From NCBI GenBank assembly GCA_041178665.1, contig JBEGUW010000009.1, positions 1,474 to 33,473 of the forward strand: 32,000 nucleotides of DNA, read 5' to 3'. Position numbers and translations under genes: made by a program. This stretch comes from Bacteroidota bacterium. GTDB taxonomy: Bacteria; Bacteroidota; Bacteroidia; NS11-12g; UBA955. Positions 9,004-16,298 of the stretch are shown in pieces. The stretch's first letter is position 1; every line of letters begins with the position of its first letter. The notes beneath the pieces were generated by a model, which did no database searches, had not been told where the DNA came from, and worked only from the letters and a program-made list of their open reading frames with translations.

Positions 9004-10370
9004 CAATAATCTGTTTCATCTTCAAATTCCAAAACACGCAAATGGTTATAGAATCGCCATACGCCAAACATTGCAGCGGCGAACAACCCCACAGTAAACC
9101 CAATCCAAATGCCATACACTTGCCAATCCTGCCACACACCCAAAAGATAAGAAAGCGGCAAGGAGATTACCCAGTAGCTAAGGATGGAAAGACCAGACGA
9201 CCAATTCACATCTTTGATGCCTCTCAGCATATTCATCGCACCGGCCTGAATGCCATCGGCCAATTGGAATACGGCGGCCAATATAAACAGTGGCAAAATG
9301 GTGGGCATAACATCGGCCTTAACTTCATACAATTGCGCAATCCAATGGTTGCCAAAAATGAACATTAACGCCGTTCCTATCTCAAAAACCCCAATGATTA
9401 GAAATATTGCGTGGGCCGCATGTCTTATTTGGTCGCGATTTTTTTCGCCGTACTTATTCCCTACGATGATAGCACCTGCCATCGCGATTCCGCTGACAAC
9501 CATATAAGAAATCGATGCGAAACTCAATGCAACCGCGTGCGCTGCCAACTGTTTTGCTCCGTACCAGCCAACCATTACGCCCGATAAACCGAAACAAGCC
9601 CATTCGGCAAAGGTTTGCAATGCGATGGGCAAGCCCATTTTCCAAATACTGGGAAGTTCAATCTTGATTTTTGACCAGCCCGGCATCGCTTTAGGGACAT
9701 ATTCGCGCATGAATGCGGAATATCGAACATACCACAAACCCACCAAAGCCATCACAATCCTAGAAATCAAGGTGGCATAGGCTGCGCCGTTGAGTCCCAA
9801 CGCAGTGACCCCGAAATGACCGTAGATCAAAACGTAACATAGAAAAACATTCAGCGCCAAACCGCCTAGAGTGATCAACATCGCAATTTTGGTATGACCT
9901 AAGCCATCGGTAAACTGTCGTGTAACCACATTAAACAGCAAGGGCAAAATACTCCAACTCAAAATATTCAAGAACCCTGGAGCCAATCGCTCAATGGCAG
10001 CATCCTGCTGTAGCCAATGAAAATTGTGAACGAAGACTTGTAAAATAACAAATTGAAAAGCGAACAGAATCAAAGCCGCCACCAAACCTGCGCGATAGGT
10101 AATAAAACCATCGGCGGCCCTTTTCTGACCCACCTTGATGCTCACCAACGTACTCACAGAGAACAGAACCCCAAAAGTGAGCCCGCTCATCATGAAAAAT
10201 AAATTGTTCGCCTGGTTTACACTCGCCAATTCCTCAGAGCCCAAAGGACCCACCATCAACATATCAGCGACACCCATCAACACAATCCCTAACTGACCCA
10301 AAATGATAGGATAAGCCAATTTTAAGGTCTGTTGAATCTGTACTTTATACGTTTTGAAGGGGTTTTGCAT
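9003..10370 (-). CDS. MATE-family efflux transporter
   Basis: About 12 TM hydrophobic profile. N-terminal TLKLAYPIILGQLGIVLMGVADMLMVGPLGSEELA is typical of MatE/NorM. ATG 10368-10370 is preferred because the TTG at 10385 lies inside a TAnnTTTG promoter box. Confidence 0.9.
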   Translation of the reverse strand: MQNPFKTYKVQIQQTLKLAYPIILGQLGIVLMGVADMLMVGPLGSEELASVNQANNLFFMMSGLTFGVLFSVSTLVSIKVGQKRAADGFITYRAGLVAALILFAFQFVILQVFVHNFHWLQQDAAIERLAPGFLNILSWSILPLLFNVVTRQFTDGLGHTKIAMLITLGGLALNVFLCYVLIYGHFGVTALGLNGAAYATLISRIVMALVGLWYVRYSAFMREYVPKAMPGWSKIKIELPSIWKMGLPIALQTFAEWACFGLSGVMVGWYGAKQLAAHAVALSFASISYMVVSGIAMAGAIIVGNKYGEKNRDQIRHAAHAIFLIIGVFEIGTALMFIFGNHWIAQLYEVKADVMPTILPLFILAAVFQLADGIQAGAMNMLRGIKDVNWSSGLSILSYWVISLPLSYLLGVWQDWQVYGIWIGFTVGLFAAAMFGVWRFYNHLRVLEFEDETDY

Positions 10371-10382
10371 GGAAAGGGCGTA

Positions 10383-10390
10383 CAAAAATA
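10383..10390 (-). promoter_or_regulatory. Candidate Bacteroidota -7 promoter box (TATTTTTG) for the MATE gene
   Basis: The minus-strand sequence TATTTTTG matches the TAnnTTTG consensus 8/8. It lies 12 nt upstream of ATG 10370. Confidence 0.35.
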
Positions 10391-10433
10391 GGCCAATTAT
10401 CGCCCAACTCAGCGCGCTTGCTATGTTAAGTAT

Positions 10434-10441
10434 TAACTTTG
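10434..10441 (+). promoter_or_regulatory. Candidate Bacteroidota -7 promoter box (TAACTTTG) for the RluA-family gene
   Basis: TAACTTTG matches TAnnTTTG 8/8. It ends 4 nt before the GTG start at 10446. Confidence 0.3.
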
Positions 10442-10445
10442 TAGC

Positions 10446-11120
10446 GTGGTAGAAGTATTATGGGAAGACAATCACCTGTTGGTGGTAAGTAAACCCGCAG
10501 GTTTGGCGGTACAAGGTGATTTAACCGGAGACACTCATTTATTGGAATGGGCAGAACGATACATTGCTGAAAAATACAACAAACCAGGAAAGGCATTTAT
10601 TGGATTGGTGCATCGCTTGGACAGACCTGTTAGCGGGGTAGTTGTTTTGGCAAAAACTTCCAAAGCACTGACTCGAATGAACGAAATTTTTCGCGAGAAA
10701 AAGAACACCAAAATCTATCATGCAATCACAGTAAAGGCATTGCCAGGTGAATCGGGCACACTGACACACCATTTGCTAAAAAACAGTGAAACCAAAAAAG
10801 CCCACGCCTACAACTCCCACAAACCAGGCACAAAACCGGGCGTATTGCATTATGAATTATTAAAGAATTTTGCCGGCCGATATCTCTACGAAATCACTCT
10901 AGAAACAGGTCGTTTCCACCAAATCCGCGCCCAACTCTCAAAGATGGGTTCTCCCATTCTGGGCGATTTGAAATATGGAGCTTTGGAGCCACTACCCGAC
11001 AGAAGCATCGGTTTGCATAGCCGCAAGTTGATCACTCCGCATGTGGTTGCAGCGCAGCCCTCATTAACAATTACCGCTCCACATCCAAAAGGAACTTGGT
11101 GGTGGGATTTATTTAAATAG
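10446..11120 (+). CDS. RluA-family pseudouridine synthase
   Basis: 224 aa. LLVVSKPAGLAV, catalytic-Asp motif HRLDRPVSGVVVLAKT, and GRFHQIRAQL. Start is GTG 10446 (TTG 10440 is an alternative); an in-frame TAA at 10434-10436 forbids a longer N-terminus. Confidence 0.85.
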   Translation: MVEVLWEDNHLLVVSKPAGLAVQGDLTGDTHLLEWAERYIAEKYNKPGKAFIGLVHRLDRPVSGVVVLAKTSKALTRMNEIFREKKNTKIYHAITVKALPGESGTLTHHLLKNSETKKAHAYNSHKPGTKPGVLHYELLKNFAGRYLYEITLETGRFHQIRAQLSKMGSPILGDLKYGALEPLPDRSIGLHSRKLITPHVVAAQPSLTITAPHPKGTWWWDLFK

Positions 11121-11166
11121 AACGCTTGAACATTAAGGTTCTTTCCCAACTCATTTAAACGCGGAA

Positions 11167-11505
11167 TCAATCCCAACCCAATTCCGTTGATGGGTCCCAA
11201 AATACACGCGTAAAATCCTGAATTTGATCGTCGATGATGATCACCCCCTCCAATTCCAATCGCTCTTGCATTGCAGTTAGTGTTTCAAAATGTGCTTTCC
11301 CACTTAGAATTCCCATTCGGTTTACTACGCGATGCGCGGGCACGTCGCAACCTTCGCCATGACATTGATTCATCGCCCAGCCCACCAATCGACTACTTCG
11401 AGCAGCTCCTAAATATTTCGCAATCGCACCGTAGGATGTCGCCCTCCCCGATGGAACCAAACGCACCACCGCATACACCTTTTCGTAAAAAGTTTCTTCT
11501 TGCAT
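11167..11505 (-). CDS. MGMT-family DNA-binding protein lacking the acceptor cysteine (alkyltransferase-like, ATL)
   Basis: 112 aa from ATG 11503-11505; the ORF-track M1 is a TTG. GRATSYGAIAKYLG helix-turn-helix region. The active-site equivalent reads VPAHRVV (nt 11323-11343) instead of PCHRV. Confidence 0.8.
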   Translation of the reverse strand: MQEETFYEKVYAVVRLVPSGRATSYGAIAKYLGAARSSRLVGWAMNQCHGEGCDVPAHRVVNRMGILSGKAHFETLTAMQERLELEGVIIIDDQIQDFTRVFWDPSTELGWD

Positions 11506-11558
11506 CGCCGAACAACAAAATTGGAACAAAATTTGTCTATTTGCTCACAACTTATAAA

Positions 11559-13238
11559 ATGAACATGTCACGATTACGCCATATCTCAATTTACGCAATT
11601 ACAACCCTTACCGTTCTTGTCGCTCTTTGCACTACTGCCAATCCCCTAAAAGCACAAAACGTTGAACCTACGGAAGCACAAGTTCGCAAACAATTGGAAT
11701 CTGATTTAAAATTCACCCCATATTACAGAACGGCACCAGTAAAACCCAATGTATTTGGAAATTATCCAAAGCTAAAAAATGCACCCGCTTGGGATGGAAG
11801 AGAAGCCGGCGTTTACAGCGTTCGATTCAAATTCAGAACCATTACTCCCGCCAAAGCAACCCCAAAAATTACTAATATTTATGCCGGTGATACGGTTTAC
11901 CTAGCCGACCATAACATCGGTGGTAAGTACTTAAGAGATACCGCCGTAATTGACAAGAATGGGGTCGCCAATTTCCATGGCACCAAAAAGTTACAGCGCG
12001 GAATGTACCTCTTCGTCTTCCCAAAGAAGCGTGATTATTTCGAGTTCATGATAGACGACGACCAGGATTTTCAGATTGATTTTGATACCGCTTGGAGCAC
12101 CAGAGATTACTACTTAAAGATGACCGCTACGGGCTCTGCGGAGAATGCATCCTTCATTGAATATCAAAAAGGAAAAGTTGCCGTGATTGAAAAACTCATG
12201 GCCATCGACGAAGAAATTCAAAGAGATTCAGCAGGTCCGCAAGCATTGCTCGACTCATTAAATACGCTCCGTGATCGCTATTTGAACGACAAAGGAAATT
12301 ACGACTCAGCCTATATCATCAAGAATCCAGGTCACCTTTTATCCAAATTCTTAATTGCGATGATTGGCGTACCCTACCCCGAAATCTTACCCGTTATGGC
12401 CGATGGAAAAGCAGATAGTGCGTTCGCATTCCGTTGGTACAAAGAACATTATTGGGACCATATCGATTTTGCAGATGATGGATTGTTGCGCATGCCAGTG
12501 AACATCGTAAAGCAACGTTTGGATTTCTTTTTTGAAAAAATCATTGTTCCCGATGCAGATTCTTGCATCAAAGAAGCCGAGAAAATCATGGATGCGTGTA
12601 AAAACACCATCGAAATGGAGAAATATGTAATTTGGTACCTTACCAATCGCTTCGAAAGTTCCAACATTATGGGAATGGACCGCGCTTTTGTAAGAATGGC
12701 AATTAGCACCTACTGTCAAGGAAAGAGCTGGTGGGTAGATAGTTCAACCATCAATAAAATGTGTGAAAACGCCTTCCGCAGAGCCCATACGTTAATTGGC
12801 GAAACCGCACCCGAGTTGGAACTGAAAGACATCAAAGGAAACTGGGTAAATACCGACAAAATCCGTGGTCAATATGTCATCTTAATTTTCTGGGATCCCA
12901 CTTGCGGACATTGCAAAGAGGTAATGCCAAAATTGGCAAAAATACTCGCCGACAACAAAGACAAAGGATGGAAAGTTGTTGCTTTATCTAGCGGCGATAA
13001 AAAGAAGGAATGGGAGGAGTATTATAATTCTCACCCTGAAACCCAAACTTTCACGCATCTGATTCGCGGCGAAGTTCAAAGTCAGAAATATGCTGACAAT
13101 CTATATAGCTACCATATAAATGTATCGCCAACCATTTTTGTTTTGGATGCCAATCGCAAGATTGTGGCTAACCGTGTAGACGTGGACAAAATGGTAGATT
13201 TTCTTGCTCATCTCGATTCAGAGAAAGAGAAAAAGTAA
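11559..13238 (+). CDS. Secreted thioredoxin-fold (TlpA/AhpC-TSA-like) protein with a large uncharacterised N-terminal domain
   Basis: ATG 11559 gives the signal peptide MNMSRLRHISIYAITTLTVLVALCTTANPLKAQ. The longer ORF-track start overlaps the opposite-strand MGMT gene. C-terminal thioredoxin-like segment YVILIFWDPTCGHCKEVMPKLAKI, with CGHC at nt 12903-12914. Confidence 0.75.
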   Translation: MNMSRLRHISIYAITTLTVLVALCTTANPLKAQNVEPTEAQVRKQLESDLKFTPYYRTAPVKPNVFGNYPKLKNAPAWDGREAGVYSVRFKFRTITPAKATPKITNIYAGDTVYLADHNIGGKYLRDTAVIDKNGVANFHGTKKLQRGMYLFVFPKKRDYFEFMIDDDQDFQIDFDTAWSTRDYYLKMTATGSAENASFIEYQKGKVAVIEKLMAIDEEIQRDSAGPQALLDSLNTLRDRYLNDKGNYDSAYIIKNPGHLLSKFLIAMIGVPYPEILPVMADGKADSAFAFRWYKEHYWDHIDFADDGLLRMPVNIVKQRLDFFFEKIIVPDADSCIKEAEKIMDACKNTIEMEKYVIWYLTNRFESSNIMGMDRAFVRMAISTYCQGKSWWVDSSTINKMCENAFRRAHTLIGETAPELELKDIKGNWVNTDKIRGQYVILIFWDPTCGHCKEVMPKLAKILADNKDKGWKVVALSSGDKKKEWEEYYNSHPETQTFTHLIRGEVQSQKYADNLYSYHINVSPTIFVLDANRKIVANRVDVDKMVDFLAHLDSEKEKK

Positions 13239-13877
13239 TTACCAAATCCGATCAGCGGGGCGATGAAAAATTCGCTTGGCGTCTCTATACATCGTGCTTG
13301 GAAAGCAGGTAAACCCGATAAAATAAATGGGGCCTGTAAAATTCTGACCTCCGCGAAAAAGAGCAACCCGTGAACCCACACCCGCGCTAACACCAAAATA
13401 GCGAAGGAATCGGACCGAACCATTTACGCCAAATTCAAGGGGCATCATGAATCGCGTTTGTTGAGGCCGGCTGTCGGAAAATCGTAAAATTCGATACCCC
13501 GCTCCCACTTGACCAAATCCTGTCACCCCAAAACGATGGGTGCGATACAATTCATATTCAAACGTGCTACTCAAATACGAGAACTTATAGGAATCGTAGT
13601 TTTTGCCGTTGATTTGCTTGTAATCTGAGTAATAATATCCGGTGTAGGCCGCCATTTTATCCCAAAGGATTCCATAGCGATACCCGCTAATTGTGACCGT
13701 TTCACCAGAAATGGTAGAAATTTTTGAATCAAACCATAGGGAATACGAGGGTGTTTCATTCAACGACAATCGAATACTGTCTTTGGGATTCCAAGGAAAT
13801 GAATCATTTTGCGCATGAGCATCGGCCACCCAAAATATGGCTATCAATAAACCCAAGAGACGATAAAATGCGCGCAT
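13239..13877 (-). CDS. Hypothetical secreted protein (beta-barrel-like)
   Basis: ATG 13875-13877 gives the signal peptide MRAFYRLLGLLIAIFWVADAHAQ. Tyr/Gly/Phe-rich alternating strands. No family motif recognised. Confidence 0.5.
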   Translation of the reverse strand: MRAFYRLLGLLIAIFWVADAHAQNDSFPWNPKDSIRLSLNETPSYSLWFDSKISTISGETVTISGYRYGILWDKMAAYTGYYYSDYKQINGKNYDSYKFSYLSSTFEYELYRTHRFGVTGFGQVGAGYRILRFSDSRPQQTRFMMPLEFGVNGSVRFLRYFGVSAGVGSRVALFRGGQNFTGPIYFIGFTCFPSTMYRDAKRIFHRPADRIW

Positions 13878-13971
13878 CAACCACAAAGGTCGTACTTCAT
13901 TCCTAATCCTTGTCCACAGAAATCCCCGCTGTACTATCGATAATTCGCTGTAAACGATGGATATTTGATGC

Positions 13972-14733
13972 ATGAAGTCGCATTTCTTTGCAATTATGTT
14001 AGTGAGCCTTTCCTGCTTAAAAGGCCAGAATTCATCCACAACAATCGAGGCACCCAATGAAACACCGGTTACCAAAGAAGAACATTTGCTAAACGACGCG
14101 CACCGATTTTATCCGAAGGCCGGCGACTGGAGTACCGAAGCCACGTTGTTATTACAAACAGGAAATTCGGCTATCCGGATTGGCATTGAAGAGATAAAAT
14201 TTAGAAGATTTATCCAAAATCAATTTGTTTTACGCACCCGTGTGATGGCAACACAGAGCAAGGAAGTCACGATCATCAACCAAGGTTCTGGTTTGATGGA
14301 GCGCAGCATTACAGAGTTCGTAGGCCTTATTGCTCCGGGATTCGAAAAACACCAAGCGATGAATGGCAAACATACGCACCGCCTTTCTCCCTATTGGGGC
14401 GTTGAATTACCCATTGGAAAACGCAACTACGAATACAACATCACAAATTCTAAAGATGGTCAGAATTATTATACCGGTGGCACATTTAACAATAAAGTAA
14501 CAAAAGCCAGTACTATTGGAATAAATCTTCTCTATGGCATCGATTTTTATGTGGCCAAAGGTGTCTTTGTTGGCACAGAAATCGGATATGGGTTTATGCA
14601 TCAAAAGTACGGAAATAGTAACATTACGACCTCCGACGGCACCTTCAGCGACACGCGCAGCATCCCCATGGGAAGCAACAGTCAGCTCAATTTGAATTTC
14701 AATTCGGGAATACGATTTGGTATCGTTTTTTAG
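13972..14733 (+). CDS. Hypothetical outer-membrane beta-barrel-like protein
   Basis: 253 aa. Signal peptide MKSHFFAIMLVSLSCLKGQ. Gly/Tyr-rich amphipathic strands. C-terminal NSGIRFGIVF ends in Phe, as in many OMPs. Confidence 0.55.
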   Translation: MKSHFFAIMLVSLSCLKGQNSSTTIEAPNETPVTKEEHLLNDAHRFYPKAGDWSTEATLLLQTGNSAIRIGIEEIKFRRFIQNQFVLRTRVMATQSKEVTIINQGSGLMERSITEFVGLIAPGFEKHQAMNGKHTHRLSPYWGVELPIGKRNYEYNITNSKDGQNYYTGGTFNNKVTKASTIGINLLYGIDFYVAKGVFVGTEIGYGFMHQKYGNSNITTSDGTFSDTRSIPMGSNSQLNLNFNSGIRFGIVF

Positions 14734-14808
14734 TCAATTCACTCATTCTCTTTGTGTAAGAAATCAGACATTTAAAGTAATCTTGAACTTAGACAAATAA
14801 ATTTCACC

Positions 14809-14816
14809 TAATTTTG
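14809..14816 (+). promoter_or_regulatory. Candidate Bacteroidota -7 promoter box (TAATTTTG) for the desaturase gene
   Basis: TAATTTTG matches TAnnTTTG 8/8. It ends 4 nt before ATG 14821. A possible -33 TTG lies at 14783-14785. Confidence 0.3.
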
Positions 14817-14820
14817 TGCC

Positions 14821-15921
14821 ATGGCAACGAAACCCATAGGATTTACTAATAACGGCAATGATTTTTTCAATGAACTAAGGTCTCAAGTTGACGAGTACTT
14901 TACTTCTAGAAAACTTTCAAAGAACGGCGACATCCGCTTGTGGATGAAGACCGCATTCGCTCTTATCACTACACCAATACTCTTAATTCTTGCATTAAAT
15001 ATTCCAGCAGTTGGCATTCCTATGCCGATGTGGGGCAGCGTTATTTTGTTTGTCTTGATCGGCCAAATGCACACATTCACTGGATTTAATGTTATGCATG
15101 ATGCCTGTCATGGCGCATTTTCATCTAAAGGTTGGGTAAACAAATTGTTCGGCAACTCATTGAGCCTAATGGGAAGTCATGCCTTTATCTGGAAATTCAA
15201 ACACAACACCTTGCATCACACTTGGACTAACGTAGACGGATTAGACGATGATATCGCCAAAGCACCTATCCTTCGCCATTGTGAATCACAGCCTTTCAAA
15301 CCCTACCATAAGAACCAACATTTGTATATGTTCTTTTTGTATGGCATTTCAATCATTTTTTGGATGTACGCCAACGACTTTATGAAGTATTTCAACAAAG
15401 CGGTGAATGAGCAGCCGATGCCAAAAATGAGTTTGAGCGAGCACCTGATTTTCTGGTCAGCCAAAATTGTTTACACTGCTTTGTATGTTGTTGCACCACT
15501 CTATTTCTTGGGTATTGGATATGGATTCTTGTGCTATATGATGATGCAAATTTCTATGGGCATTGTATTGAGCTTGGTATTCCAGTTGGCCCACGCGGTT
15601 GAAGACTTACACTTTGAAGATGCAACTCAGTATGATATCCCTACCGAGCGTCTTCCAAATGAATGGGCAGTTCACCAGGTGATGACAACCAACAACTTTG
15701 CAACCAAATCTCCTTTTGCGACATGGTTCATGGGTGGATTGAATTTCCAAACAGAACATCACTTATTTCCTAACATAAGCCACGTGCACTACCCCGAAAT
15801 GAACAAGATACTGGTGCCATTGTGTGAGAAGTACAATGTTAAATATAACGAGATGCCAACCTTCGCATATGCTGTCGGTTCGCACATCAGATACATGAAA
15901 TCTTTAGGCGTAGCGGCTTAA
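14821..15921 (+). CDS. Membrane fatty-acid desaturase, front-end type (QxxHH third box), with no cytochrome b5 domain
   Basis: 366 aa. His boxes HDACHG (from nt 15097), HNTLHH and QTEHH (nt 15748-15762). Four or more TM segments. No HPGG heme-binding motif. Confidence 0.9.
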   Translation: MATKPIGFTNNGNDFFNELRSQVDEYFTSRKLSKNGDIRLWMKTAFALITTPILLILALNIPAVGIPMPMWGSVILFVLIGQMHTFTGFNVMHDACHGAFSSKGWVNKLFGNSLSLMGSHAFIWKFKHNTLHHTWTNVDGLDDDIAKAPILRHCESQPFKPYHKNQHLYMFFLYGISIIFWMYANDFMKYFNKAVNEQPMPKMSLSEHLIFWSAKIVYTALYVVAPLYFLGIGYGFLCYMMMQISMGIVLSLVFQLAHAVEDLHFEDATQYDIPTERLPNEWAVHQVMTTNNFATKSPFATWFMGGLNFQTEHHLFPNISHVHYPEMNKILVPLCEKYNVKYNEMPTFAYAVGSHIRYMKSLGVAA

Positions 15922-16023
15922 TCAGTAATAATTATACATTTTACTGATAAAAAAGTTGTTTTTACAAAAAAGGGACTTATCTTTCCCGCTCAATTTTATA
16001 ATAAAAATACTAATTATCAATTC

Positions 16024-16218
16024 ATGAAAACAGGTTCTGTTAAATTCTTCAACCACAGCAAAGGCTATGGTTTCATCATCGACAACGAAGACGGTCAAGA
16101 GTATTTCGTACACGTAACCGGTTTGAAAGACGAAATTCGCGAAGGCGATACCGTTAATTTCGAACTGAAAGACGGTAAGAAAGGTTTAAATGCAGTAAAC
16201 GTAAGTAACGCAGGATAA
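16024..16218 (+). CDS. Cold-shock protein (CspA family)
   Basis: 64 aa. RNP1 KGYGFI and RNP2-like YFVHV. MKTGSVKFFN start is typical of CSD proteins. Confidence 0.95.
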   Translation: MKTGSVKFFNHSKGYGFIIDNEDGQEYFVHVTGLKDEIREGDTVNFELKDGKKGLNAVNVSNAG

Positions 16219-16241
16219 TCAATCATCTTCATTTCTTTAAA

Positions 16242-16272
16242 GGGCCTCGTCTACGACGAGGCCCTTTTTTTT
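16242..16272. terminator. Rho-independent, probably bidirectional terminator
   Basis: Perfect 10-bp GC-rich stem GGGCCTCGTC/GACGAGGCCC (16242-16251 / 16255-16264) with a TAC loop, followed by T8 (16265-16272) and preceded by AAA. Sits between the convergent csp and GH29 genes. Confidence 0.85.
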
Positions 16273-16298
16273 GACCCAATATCACTCAAAGCGTATTA

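Noticed and set aside
11271-11558. 96-codon N-terminal extension of the thioredoxin-fold ORF in the ORF track
   Set aside because: The extension overlaps the opposite-strand MGMT-family gene almost completely and is hydrophilic and Pro-rich. The in-frame ATG at 11559 gives a proper signal peptide.
13878-14075. N-terminal extension of the minus-strand ORF 13239-14075, which would overlap the divergent gene starting at 13972
   Set aside because: The internal ATG at 13877 yields a canonical signal peptide (MRAFYRLLGLLIAIFWVADAHAQ). It also removes a 100-nt head-to-head coding overlap.
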